Shown: one piece after another, positions 1-9,066 of the stretch
Numbering within the stretch: the stretch's first letter is position 1
Layout of the letters: every line of letters starts with the position of its first letter
NCBI GenBank assembly: GCA_934277945.1
Contig: CAKQWA010000002.1
Span: 98,410 to 162,409 of the forward strand
From: an uncultured Alphaproteobacteria bacterium
GTDB lineage: Bacteria; Pseudomonadota; Alphaproteobacteria; CAAGCB01; CAG-977
Direction: 5' to 3'
DNA: 64,000 nucleotides
Translations under genes and position numbers: made by a program
Notes under the pieces: model-generated
Told to the model about the DNA's origin: nothing
The model's input: only the letters and a program-made list of their open reading frames with translations
The model's database searches: none

Positions 1-642
1 TTCGTCCTCGATATTGTCATTCGCGCGCAGAAAGTCCTGTTTTTCGGCGTATCCGTCGTCGTAAACGGGCGTGTTCAGCGACACGTCGCCGCTTAAACGC
101 TGATTCATTTCCACCACGTCCGATTCGGGAACGTCCAGTTCTTTCGCAATCTGCTTGACCGCATCGTCCTGCAAATCGGTATCGTCGTAAAAGCCGAGTT
201 TCGCCTTGATTCTGCGCAGGTTGTAAAACAACTTCTTTTGCGCCGCGACCGTGCCGATGCGCACCAAAGACCACGATTTCAGAATAAACTCGTTAATCGC
301 GGCTTTAATCCACCAAATCGCGTAAGTGGACAGGCGCGTGCCTTTTTCGGGCTCGAATTTCTTGACCGCCTGCATCAGACCGATGTTGGCTTCGGAAACC
401 AAATCCTCCAAAGGCAGACCGTAATAGCGGTAGGAAAAGGCGATTTTCGCCGCCAAGCGCAAATGGCTGGAAATCAGTTGTTTCGCCGCCTGCAAATCGC
501 CGTGCTGACGAAAACGCATGGTCAGCATATATTCTTCTTCGGCGGATAAAACGGGGAACTGTCGAATCGCGTTCAGATACGCGCGCAAGCCGTCGCGCCC
601 CGAAACCGCGGGTAATAAACTCATTGTCGTTGTCATCATCAT
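1..642 (-). CDS. rpoH: RNA polymerase sigma-32 factor RpoH (N-terminal ~213 aa; C-terminus runs off the window start)
   Basis: Minus-strand frame is open from ATG 642 (alternative ATGs at 639, 636, 624) down to nt 1. Translation shows sigma-70 region 2 (LVSEANIGLMQAVKKFEPEKGTRLSTYAIWWIKAAI) and the diagnostic RpoH box QKKLFYNLRRIKAKL. The ORF track did not list it because there is no stop inside the window. Confidence 0.85.
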   Translation of the reverse strand, partial: MMMTTTMSLLPAVSGRDGLRAYLNAIRQFPVLSAEEEYMLTMRFRQHGDLQAAKQLISSHLRLAAKIAFSYRYYGLPLEDLVSEANIGLMQAVKKFEPEKGTRLSTYAIWWIKAAINEFILKSWSLVRIGTVAAQKKLFYNLRRIKAKLGFYDDTDLQDDAVKQIAKELDVPESDVVEMNQRLSGDVSLNTPVYDDGYAEKQDFLRANDNIEDE

Positions 643-763
643 ATCCTTTCATAAAGCAACATGACTTACACGGGAGTCTTCAATCAGCCCTCCCGCAAGA
701 CGCATACAGTATACCGCCGCTGATCGAAAAAATCAACGGCGGAATGAAAAAATAACCGAAAAA

Positions 764-3700
764 TCAGTTGCTGAACACGTTGCTCAACAGCATATACAGC
801 CGTCCCGCGTCGCTGCTCAACAACACGTCGGACAGCACGTCGCCGCGCTCGGTTTCGCGGGCTTTGCGCAAAAGCGTGTCGAATTCGGCGGTGTATTTCG
901 ACACATAATCGCGGAATTCGGCGTTCTTGGCGAACAGTTCGGATAATTTGCGAATCTGCTGTTTGTCCAGCGACCGCGACAGATAGCGCACGAACGCGCT
1001 CCGGTCGCCGTTGTAATAGCGTTTCCACAAATCCGCCTCGACGTTCGGGTCGAACAGGCGCGCGATGTCCACGCCGAAAGACTGCAAATGCTCGGTGATG
1101 AACGTCGCGTCTTTCATAAAATGCGTCACGGAAGCGTCCTGTTTGCGCTTTTCCAAATCCTCGATGTAGTCCTGCGCGCCCTTTGACGCGTCCAGCAGAG
1201 CCTGCACCTGCCGCCCGAACGCGCCGCCCAGTTTCAGCGACTGCGCGGAAATTTTGTCGCCGGTGTCCAAAATCGTCGCGGCGTTTTCTTTCATCACGCC
1301 CAGCAAATCGTCCAGCCGTCCGACCGCCGTGTCCGCCGCCTGCGACAACACGTCGGACTGTTCGACGAACTGTTCGCCCGATTTGCGCACTTCCAGCGCG
1401 ATGCGTTCCGAATTGGACGCGATTTCGCCGATCATCGAACGCAAACGCTGTCCCGCCAAGTCGATTTGAATGACGCCCTTGTTCGACATTTCTTCAAATT
1501 CGGTTTCAATCTGGCTCACCGCGTCTTTCAGCAAACGCACGCTCTGCGCCGACGATTCCGCCATTTTCGTAAAGTCAGCCGCCCGCTCGCGCAACGACAC
1601 GCTCAACCCTTTGACCGCCTTTTGCGCGTCTTCGGAAATGCGGTTCAGTTGATAGGATTGGACAAGGAACGAATCGCCCGTCGCGGTCAATTCGTCGCGC
1701 GCCATGCTTCCCGCCGCCTGCATTTGCGCGGTCTGTTCGGCGAACACCTGCCCCGTTTTCTGCATGGAGGACACGACCGTCTGCGCGACTTCCGCCAGAA
1801 TCGCCGCTTTTTCCTGCAAGAACGCCGCCGCTTTCGTCGAACGTTCCAGACTGTCGGACGCCGCGCTTGCCGCTTCTTCGTTGCGCTGACGCAGATTTTC
1901 GCCCATCGCGTCCAACTCGAACCCGATGCGCGACGACGCGCCCAGCAAATCGTTTGTGTTCTGGCGCACCGCTTCGTTGATGTTGCGGATGTGCGTCATG
2001 ACTTCCTCGGCGGCTTCGCGCAAATAACGCGTCTGCTGCGTCAAAGCGGATTCGCCCAAACGCGACTGCGCGGACACGACGTTCGCCACGTCCGTCAGTT
2101 CGGTGATTTGCCGCTGCATCGCGTCGCGCACCATAATCGCCTGTTGGGTCGACTTCGCGGCGTGCTTCTGCAACGCGTCCGTCTGCGCCGTAATGCGCTC
2201 GTCCAAAGAATCGACCTGCGTCTTCAACTGTTCGGCGGATTCTTTGAATTCGTTGTGGCACCGCTCCATTTGCTCCGCCGCTTCGACCGCGCCCGCCGCG
2301 CTCGCTTTCAGCGACGTGTCGAACAAAGCCGTTTTTTCGGCAAGCAAATCGGAAACGCCGGTCAGCCGCTCTTTCAAAGAATCGCTCATGCCGGTCAGTT
2401 CGTCCGCCTGCTTCGTCAAGTTCTTGCCGACGCTTTCCAGTTTGCCCAAAGCGGTTTCCGTCGCGGCGGACAATTCTTTCGTCTGAACGTCCAAGCCCTC
2501 TTGCAGCAAACGCACGCGCGGCGCAAGACGTTCCAAATCCGCCTCCGCCTGTTCGGACTGCCGCCGGAGCAATTCCGACACGTCCGCCGCCTGCGCCGAC
2601 AGTTTGTCCGACGTTTCGGTCAGCCGGTTCTGCTGGCGGACAAGCAATTCGCCCAAATACGCCGCCTTGTCGTTCATGGTCACGGTGGCGGCGTCCGCGT
2701 TGTCGATGAAGCCGTGCGCGTTGTCGCACAAAGCGTCGAATCGCGCCTGCATTTCATCGACCGATTTTTGCAGTTGCGCGCACAGTTTTTCGGTGCCGTG
2801 CGCAATCAGCGCCGTGCGGCGTTCCGCTTCCGCCGCCAAAGCGTCCGAACGCTCTTTCAGCAGATTCTGTGTTTCGTTGAAATCAGCCGCGCGCCGTTGC
2901 AGCATTTCGTTCAAGCCGTCGCCGACCGCGCCGATTTTGCCCGCCGCGCCGTTCAGCCCGTCCGTCTGGCGCGCCAAAGTCACGTCCGCCTGTCCGATTT
3001 TGTCAAGCACGTCGCCGACCTGCTCGACGGTCTGCGACAGTCTTTCCGCCAGATTTTCAATCGACTGGCGCGTTTTGCCGTCCAAAGCGTCCGCCAGATC
3101 GAACAAAGTCTGCGCCTGCTGTTTCAGCGCGTCTTTCGTCTGTTCGACGTTGGCGGCGGCGGCGTCCAGATATTTCTGCTGACGGTTCAAAGAGGCTTCC
3201 GTCACGCCGGACTGCGATTTCAAAGCCGCGCTCAAATCCGACAATTCGGACATTTTCTGATTCAATCCGGTCGTCAGGTCTTTCGTCTTTTCGCCGCAAT
3301 CGTCCAGATGCGACGCGAAAACGTCCGCCGCACCCGACACTTCGTCGACGTAGGATTTGACTTTCTGCGCCGCGCCGTCCAGCACGCCGGACATCTTGTC
3401 CGCCGCGTCCGTCATCACGTCCGCCATGACCGCCGAGCGTTCGGCAAGCGATTTCACGCGCGCTTCCAGAACGTCGCCTTTCGCCGTCAGCGCGTCCGTC
3501 CATTCGGTCAGAGTCTGCTGCGAACGCGCGGACAGCGACGAAAGCGCCTCCGCCTTTTCGTTCAGCATCTGCGCCGCGGCGTCGATTTTCTCGTGCGCGT
3601 CGTCCGACACGCCGGAAATTTCGCCGACGTAGTTTTCCAAAGACGATTCGATGACCTTGAAGCGCGACAGGACGGTTTTGGTTTCCTCGTCCAGCAACGC

Positions 3701-4918
3701 GTTCTGTTTTTGGAAATTTTCAAGCACTTTCGACGCGGTGTCGTTCAGTTGCGCGTCGCGTTCGTCAAAGCGATCCGCCTGTTCGTCAAACACGGCGCAC
3801 AGATTGTCCGTCGCCTTTGTCAGATCTCTGCCGATTCGCGCCGCGCCGTCCATCGCGTTTTGCGTCGCCTGCGCCAGTTTGTCCGTCTGTTCGTCGACCA
3901 AAAGCGTCAGCGACGCGACGTTGTCCTGCAAGCGTTCCTGCATTTGCGTCAATTCTTCGGACTGGCGCGTGAAATCGGTTTTAATCAGCGCCGCCTGCTC
4001 CGTCATCAGTTCGCGCACGGATTGCGCCGTTTGCGCCAGCGACGCGTTTTGCGCCGACGCCGTCTGCACAAGGCGTTCGGTTTGCGCCGACATCAATTCC
4101 TGCGCCGTTTCGCCCGCGTGGGTCAGCAATCGGGTCTGTTCGCGCACCTCGTCCGCCACCGCGCGCGTGCGGTCGCCGATTTGCGCGTGCGCGTCGTTCA
4201 GCAAAGTCAGCGCGTCCGCCAAAAACGCGTGGATGCCGTCCGCTTTTTCGCGCGCCTTGTCCCCCGCCGTTTCCAAAGAATCGAGCGCGTTTGCAATCAG
4301 CGCGGCGTTTTCGTGCACTTGCGACGCCGTTTTTTCGGATTCTTTGGCGAACGCGGCGATTTTCTCGTCGACCAGCGCGGACGCGCTCAACAGGGAATCG
4401 TCGAATTTTTCGGACAATCCGCGCATTTCGCTCAACGTTTCGCCCAACCCGTCGACAATGCGGCGCACGTTGTCCTGCGCGCTTTTGCACGCGTTGTTCA
4501 GCGCCTGCGTTTCGTCGGAAATCTGCGTCAAAAGGGATTTCACATACAGTTTGTCTTTCGGCGACGGCTGAATGAACTGGCGCAAATAGTTGCGCAGACG
4601 CACCGCTTCGTCGTCGTAGCGTTTGTGTCCCGCGAAATAGATGACGACGAACCAAATCAACGCCAGAGGCATCAGCAGCCCCGCCAGAAAACCGACGTAT
4701 TCGGGCGGAGTCATGTCGTAGCGCGCGTCCCACCAGCCCGTTTGAGCCAGAAAATCGGCGGCAAGCCCCAGCCACGCGGCGCTGAACAGCGAGGCGACGA
4801 TGTTTTCCGTGCGCAAAATCCACGGCTTGAAGTCCGTCAAATCGACGGATTGGCGCGAAAACAGCGGCGAGCCGTTTTCGTCGTTTTTGCTGTTGCGGGG
4901 CGAAGTATTGTCAGACAT
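764..4918 (-). CDS. 1384-aa membrane-anchored giant coiled-coil protein (two N-terminal TM helices, ~1100 aa Ala/Gln/Glu/Leu-rich alpha-helical region, ~150-aa globular C-terminus); TipN-like polarity-factor architecture
   Basis: Single long ORF with protein-like composition. Hydrophobic segments IVASLFSAAWLGLAADFLAQ and YVGFLAGLLMPLALIWFVVIYFA near the N-terminus, followed by a continuous heptad-like low-complexity region. The 1160-aa ORF on the opposite strand (1466..4948) is an Arg/Phe/Val-rich antisense artefact. Confidence 0.7.
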   Translation of the reverse strand: MSDNTSPRNSKNDENGSPLFSRQSVDLTDFKPWILRTENIVASLFSAAWLGLAADFLAQTGWWDARYDMTPPEYVGFLAGLLMPLALIWFVVIYFAGHKRYDDEAVRLRNYLRQFIQPSPKDKLYVKSLLTQISDETQALNNACKSAQDNVRRIVDGLGETLSEMRGLSEKFDDSLLSASALVDEKIAAFAKESEKTASQVHENAALIANALDSLETAGDKAREKADGIHAFLADALTLLNDAHAQIGDRTRAVADEVREQTRLLTHAGETAQELMSAQTERLVQTASAQNASLAQTAQSVRELMTEQAALIKTDFTRQSEELTQMQERLQDNVASLTLLVDEQTDKLAQATQNAMDGAARIGRDLTKATDNLCAVFDEQADRFDERDAQLNDTASKVLENFQKQNALLDEETKTVLSRFKVIESSLENYVGEISGVSDDAHEKIDAAAQMLNEKAEALSSLSARSQQTLTEWTDALTAKGDVLEARVKSLAERSAVMADVMTDAADKMSGVLDGAAQKVKSYVDEVSGAADVFASHLDDCGEKTKDLTTGLNQKMSELSDLSAALKSQSGVTEASLNRQQKYLDAAAANVEQTKDALKQQAQTLFDLADALDGKTRQSIENLAERLSQTVEQVGDVLDKIGQADVTLARQTDGLNGAAGKIGAVGDGLNEMLQRRAADFNETQNLLKERSDALAAEAERRTALIAHGTEKLCAQLQKSVDEMQARFDALCDNAHGFIDNADAATVTMNDKAAYLGELLVRQQNRLTETSDKLSAQAADVSELLRRQSEQAEADLERLAPRVRLLQEGLDVQTKELSAATETALGKLESVGKNLTKQADELTGMSDSLKERLTGVSDLLAEKTALFDTSLKASAAGAVEAAEQMERCHNEFKESAEQLKTQVDSLDERITAQTDALQKHAAKSTQQAIMVRDAMQRQITELTDVANVVSAQSRLGESALTQQTRYLREAAEEVMTHIRNINEAVRQNTNDLLGASSRIGFELDAMGENLRQRNEEAASAASDSLERSTKAAAFLQEKAAILAEVAQTVVSSMQKTGQVFAEQTAQMQAAGSMARDELTATGDSFLVQSYQLNRISEDAQKAVKGLSVSLRERAADFTKMAESSAQSVRLLKDAVSQIETEFEEMSNKGVIQIDLAGQRLRSMIGEIASNSERIALEVRKSGEQFVEQSDVLSQAADTAVGRLDDLLGVMKENAATILDTGDKISAQSLKLGGAFGRQVQALLDASKGAQDYIEDLEKRKQDASVTHFMKDATFITEHLQSFGVDIARLFDPNVEADLWKRYYNGDRSAFVRYLSRSLDKQQIRKLSELFAKNAEFRDYVSKYTAEFDTLLRKARETERGDVLSDVLLSSDAGRLYMLLSNVFSN

Positions 4919-5161
4919 ACGCGTGCGCCTTACATAAAAATAAAGTGAAATCTGTTGAAAGATTCCATAAAACAGCCCGTGCCGTCAAGTCAAGTCGCGC
5001 ATTTTCTTCGATTTCGGGCGGTTGCGCGCGCAAAACGGCGGGCACGGCGGACGAATCGCGCGGACGAATCGTCATAACCCCGCCGATTTTCGATAAAATG
5101 ATTGACCTGTCAGCCCCCAACGGCTAAAAGAAAGACAATGGTATGAAAACAAGGTGGAAAA

Positions 5162-8100
5162 ATGGCAAAACAGAAACATTATCCCGACATTCAGGCGAAA
5201 GCGGATTTTCCCGCTTTGGAACAGGAAATCCTTGATTACTGGAAAAAGGACGAAACGTTCAAAAAGTCCGTCGCCTTGCGCGACGCGGGCGAAAAAGGCT
5301 CCAACGAATACGTCTTTTACGACGGTCCTCCGTTCGCGAACGGTCTGCCGCACTACGGGCATTTGGTGACGGGCTACGTCAAAGACATCATCCCGCGCTA
5401 CCAGACGATGCGCGGACACCGCGTCGACCGCCGCTTCGGGTGGGACTGCCACGGTCTGCCCGCCGAAATGGACACCGAGAAATTCCTCGGCATTTCGGGG
5501 CGCGCCGCCATTTCCAAGTTCGGCATCGGCAAATTCAACGAAACGTGCCGCCAGCGCGTGCTGATGTACACGAACGAATGGGAACAGACCGTCACGCGCC
5601 AAGCGCGCTGGGTCGCGTTCGACAACGACTACAAAACCATGGATCTGCCTTACATGGAATCGATCATCTGGGCGTTCAAGGAATTGTACAAAAAAGGATT
5701 GATGTACGAAGGCGTGCGAATCCTGCCGTACAGTTGGGCGGCGGAAACCCCCGTGTCGAACTTTGAAACCCGCATGGACAACTGCTACCGCGAACGCGAA
5801 GACCCGTCCGTGACCATTATGTTCACGCTGAAAACGAACGAGGGCGAAAAGCCGACGAAAGTGCTGGCGTGGACGACGACTCCGTGGACTCTGCCGTCGA
5901 ACTTGGCTTTGTGCGTGCGCGACGACATCGACTACGACGTGTACGAGGAAGACGGCACGCGCTACATTCTGGCGTCGGCTCTGGCGGGCAAGTACAAACG
6001 CGAACTGGCGAACGCGCAAAAGATTGAAACAATCAAAGGAGCGGATCTGGTCGGGCGCAAGTACGAACCGCTGTTCGACTATTTCAAGGACACGCCCAAC
6101 GCGTTCCAAATCATTCACGCGGATTACGTTTCGACCGAAGACGGCACGGGCATCGTTCACATCGCCCCCGCGTTCGGCGAAGACGACATGAACGCGTGCC
6201 GGCCTTACGGCATTCCCGTCATCTGCCCCGTAGACAGCAAAGGGTGCTTCACCAAAGCCGTCCCCGATTACGAGGGGATGCAGGTTTTCGACACGAACGA
6301 ACCGATTATCAAGCGTCTGAAAGCCGAAGGCAAACTGGTGCGCAAGGAAATGTACCGCCACAACTACCCGCATTGCTGGCGCACGGACACGCCGCTGATT
6401 TACAAGGCGATTAACAGTTGGTTCGTCAAAGTGACGGCTTTCCGCGACAAAATGGTGGCGAACAACCAGACGATCAACTGGATTCCCGAACACATTAAAA
6501 ACGGGGCGATGGGGATGTGGCTGGAAGGCGCGCGCGACTGGTCGATTTCGCGCAATCGCTTCTGGGGCACGCCGATTCCCGTGTGGAAGTCGGACGATCC
6601 GAAATATCCGCGCGTCGACGTTTACGGCTCGATTGCCGAAATGGAAAAGGACTTCGGCGTGAAAATCACCGATTTGCACCGCCCGTTCATCGACACGCTG
6701 ACGCGTCCGAACCCCGACGATCCGACGGGAAAATCGACGATGCGCCGCGTGGAAGACGTTTTGGACTGCTGGTTTGAATCGGGCTCCATGCCGTTCGCGC
6801 AAGTGCATTATCCGTTTGAAAACAAGGAATGGTTTGAAAACCACTCCCCCGCCGATTTCATTGTCGAATATCTGGCGCAAACGCGCGGCTGGTTCTACAC
6901 GCTGATGGTCATGAGCACGGCTCTGTTCGACCGCGCGCCGTTCAAAACCTGCCTGTGCCACGGCGTCGTGCTGGACGAAAACCAGCAGAAACTGTCCAAG
7001 CGTCTGCGCAACTACCCCGATCCGTCGGAAGTGTTCGACACGCTCGGGTCGGACGCGCTGCGCTGGTTTTTGGTGTCGTCGCCGATTCTGCGCGGCGGCA
7101 ACCTGTCCATCGACCGCGAGGGCAAGGAAATCGCCAAAGCGTCGCGCAAAGCGTTGATTCCGCTGTGGAACGCGTTTTACTTCTTTACGCTGTACGCCAA
7201 CGCGGAAGGCTTGAAAGCCAAAGAAATCCGCGATCCGAAAGACGTGCTTGACCGCTATGTGCTGGCGAAAACGCGCGATTTGATTAAAGGATTGACCGAA
7301 AAACTGGACGCGTGCGACATTGTGGGCGCGTGCGCCGACGTTTCCGATTTTCTGGAAATCATGAACAACTGGTACATCCGCCGCTCGCGCGCGCGCTTCT
7401 GGGACACGGCGAACGGAACGGAAGCGTTCGACACGCTGTACACGGTTCTGGTCGCGCTGACCAAGGCGATCGCGCCTTTGCTGCCGCTGACGTGCGAATA
7501 CATCTATCGCGCGCTGACGGGCGAAGAAAGCGTGCATTTGACGGATTATCCCGATTACACGCAATTCAAGGCGCAGGACGCGCTGGTCGCCGACATGGAT
7601 TTCGTGCGCGCGGTCTGCTCGACGGCGAAAGCGGTGCGCGAGGAAAACAAACTGCGCAACCGTCTGCCTTTGGCGTCGATGACCGTCGCCGGCAACAACG
7701 CGCAGCGTCTGAACGCCTACGCCGATTTGCTGAAAGACGAAGTGAACGTCAAGGAAGTGCGCCTTGTCAGCGACGTCGCGGCTTTGGCGGACAATATGCT
7801 GTACATTTTCACGCCCGTCGTCGGCAAACGTTTGGGACGCTTCATGAAAGACATTCTGGCGGCGTCGAAAACGAACGACTGGACGAAGAACGCCGACGGC
7901 ACGCTGTCCATCGCCGGACAGACGCTGAACGCGGACGAATTCGAGTTGCGCTTGGTGCTGAAAGACGGCAACGCGGGTCAGGCTCTGCCCGACAACACCG
8001 CCGTCGTCGTTTTGGACACGCAGGTGCGTCCCGAATTGGAACGCGAGGGCATCGCCCGCGACTTCGTGCGCGTCATTCAGCAAAAGCGCAAAGACAGCGG

Positions 8101-8293
8101 CTTTGACGTTTCCGACCGCATCAGCGTCGCTTACGCGTCGGACAGCGACGTTGTTTTGCAGGCGTTGAGCGAATACGCCGCTTACGTCAAGGAACAGGTG
8201 CTGGCGGCCTCGTTCGCGCAGACGGAAAACCTGACAGGCGACACCGAAGAAGTCGGCGATGCGAAAGTCACGTTCAAAATCGAAAAAGCGTAA
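5162..8293 (+). CDS. ileS: isoleucyl-tRNA synthetase, long (type-2 / eukaryote-like) form, 1043 aa
   Basis: HIGH motif PHYGHLVTGY and a KMSKS-like KLSKRL motif. Class I editing-domain synthetase architecture. RBS aaggtgg lies 6 nt upstream of the ATG. Length and lack of a C-terminal Cys zinc-finger fit type-2 IleRS. Confidence 0.95.
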   Translation: MAKQKHYPDIQAKADFPALEQEILDYWKKDETFKKSVALRDAGEKGSNEYVFYDGPPFANGLPHYGHLVTGYVKDIIPRYQTMRGHRVDRRFGWDCHGLPAEMDTEKFLGISGRAAISKFGIGKFNETCRQRVLMYTNEWEQTVTRQARWVAFDNDYKTMDLPYMESIIWAFKELYKKGLMYEGVRILPYSWAAETPVSNFETRMDNCYREREDPSVTIMFTLKTNEGEKPTKVLAWTTTPWTLPSNLALCVRDDIDYDVYEEDGTRYILASALAGKYKRELANAQKIETIKGADLVGRKYEPLFDYFKDTPNAFQIIHADYVSTEDGTGIVHIAPAFGEDDMNACRPYGIPVICPVDSKGCFTKAVPDYEGMQVFDTNEPIIKRLKAEGKLVRKEMYRHNYPHCWRTDTPLIYKAINSWFVKVTAFRDKMVANNQTINWIPEHIKNGAMGMWLEGARDWSISRNRFWGTPIPVWKSDDPKYPRVDVYGSIAEMEKDFGVKITDLHRPFIDTLTRPNPDDPTGKSTMRRVEDVLDCWFESGSMPFAQVHYPFENKEWFENHSPADFIVEYLAQTRGWFYTLMVMSTALFDRAPFKTCLCHGVVLDENQQKLSKRLRNYPDPSEVFDTLGSDALRWFLVSSPILRGGNLSIDREGKEIAKASRKALIPLWNAFYFFTLYANAEGLKAKEIRDPKDVLDRYVLAKTRDLIKGLTEKLDACDIVGACADVSDFLEIMNNWYIRRSRARFWDTANGTEAFDTLYTVLVALTKAIAPLLPLTCEYIYRALTGEESVHLTDYPDYTQFKAQDALVADMDFVRAVCSTAKAVREENKLRNRLPLASMTVAGNNAQRLNAYADLLKDEVNVKEVRLVSDVAALADNMLYIFTPVVGKRLGRFMKDILAASKTNDWTKNADGTLSIAGQTLNADEFELRLVLKDGNAGQALPDNTAVVVLDTQVRPELEREGIARDFVRVIQQKRKDSGFDVSDRISVAYASDSDVVLQALSEYAAYVKEQVLAASFAQTENLTGDTEEVGDAKVTFKIEKA

Positions 8294-8308
8294 GGCTCTT
8301 TCAACCGG

Positions 8309-8341
8309 AAAGCCCCCGACATCGAATCGGGGGCTTTTTTA
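8309..8341. terminator. bidirectional rho-independent terminator between ileS (+) and the convergent lipoprotein gene (-)
   Basis: gcccccgac-atcgaa-tcgggggc hairpin flanked by an A-run upstream and ttttttat downstream. Confidence 0.8.
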
Positions 8342-8391
8342 TCGGGCAAAAGCGGCGGATTGCCGTGCCGTCCGGCGAACCGGAAAACGCG

Positions 8392-9066
8392 TCACTTCAA
8401 AACGGATTTCATGTAGCGCGGCGCGGTGTCGTCCGGCGCGGGCGCGGCGAACGGCTTTCCCGTCAAAGCGGACAGGGCGAGCGCGTATTCCGCGTCTTGC
8501 AGGCGCAACGCCTCGAAATTGTAAAGCACCATCATTTTGGCGCGCATATCGTTCAATTCGTCCTTGTCGTAGGCTTTTTTGTTTTTCGGGACAAGTTCGA
8601 CAAAGTACGAGTCGCGGTCGTATTCCATATATTTTGAATCGGGGAAAAGATCGATGACCGACGTGACGATGCCCGCGCCGTACGCCGTCGTCGCAATCGT
8701 CAGCAGGAACGGATAGCCGCACCCCGTCGGATTTTTGTCGCCGTCGTCGTCAAAGTGCGAATAAGCCACGCCCTCGCATTTTCCGGAAGAAACGTCCGTC
8801 GCGTACGAAAAAACGCCATGCCGCCGCCCTTTTTTATAATGCGATTCCGTCGGCAGAGTCACGGGCTTGTAGCCTTTTTTGCGCACGGAGATTTTCGCGC
8901 GGTCTTCGCCCGACACTTCGCGCATGAACGGCGTTTCCCCGACGATTTTATCGCCAACCCACACGTCCGCCGTCACGTTCGAGTCGATGAACACCCACTT
9001 TTTTTCCGTCGGCGCGCAGGCGCAAAGGGACAGCGACAAAATCAAAGATGTTAAGATTTTCCTCAT
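8392..9066 (-). CDS. lipoprotein with PEGA-like motif (224 aa)
   Basis: Signal peptide MRKILTSLILSLSLCAC with a Cys near the lipobox position. Motif DVWVGDKIVGETPF resembles a PEGA domain. Overlaps the upstream PEGA gene by 4 nt (operon). Confidence 0.6.
   Translation of the reverse strand: MRKILTSLILSLSLCACAPTEKKWVFIDSNVTADVWVGDKIVGETPFMREVSGEDRAKISVRKKGYKPVTLPTESHYKKGRRHGVFSYATDVSSGKCEGVAYSHFDDDGDKNPTGCGYPFLLTIATTAYGAGIVTSVIDLFPDSKYMEYDRDSYFVELVPKNKKAYDKDELNDMRAKMMVLYNFEALRLQDAEYALALSALTGKPFAAPAPDDTAPRYMKSVLK

Noticed and set aside
17-652. Track ORFs 17..274 (-) and 305..652 (-) at the window start
   Set aside because: They are in a different frame from the uninterrupted minus-strand frame that encodes a clear RpoH (sigma-70 region 2 and RpoH box). 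Their translations are Arg-rich and carry no motif.
1466-4948. 1160-aa plus-strand ORF (plus several 100-380-aa ORFs on both strands) overlapping the giant coiled-coil gene
   Set aside because: Arg/Phe/Val/Gln-dominated, motif-free translation typical of the antisense frame of a GC-rich repetitive coiled-coil gene. The 1384-aa minus-strand frame has TM helices, a sensible N- and C-terminus and protein-like composition.
8259-8722. ORFs 8259..8657 (+), 8339..8722 (-) and 8365..8637 (+) around the ileS terminator and lipoprotein gene
   Set aside because: They overlap the bidirectional terminator and the signal-peptide-bearing lipoprotein gene in wrong frames, with Arg-rich composition.
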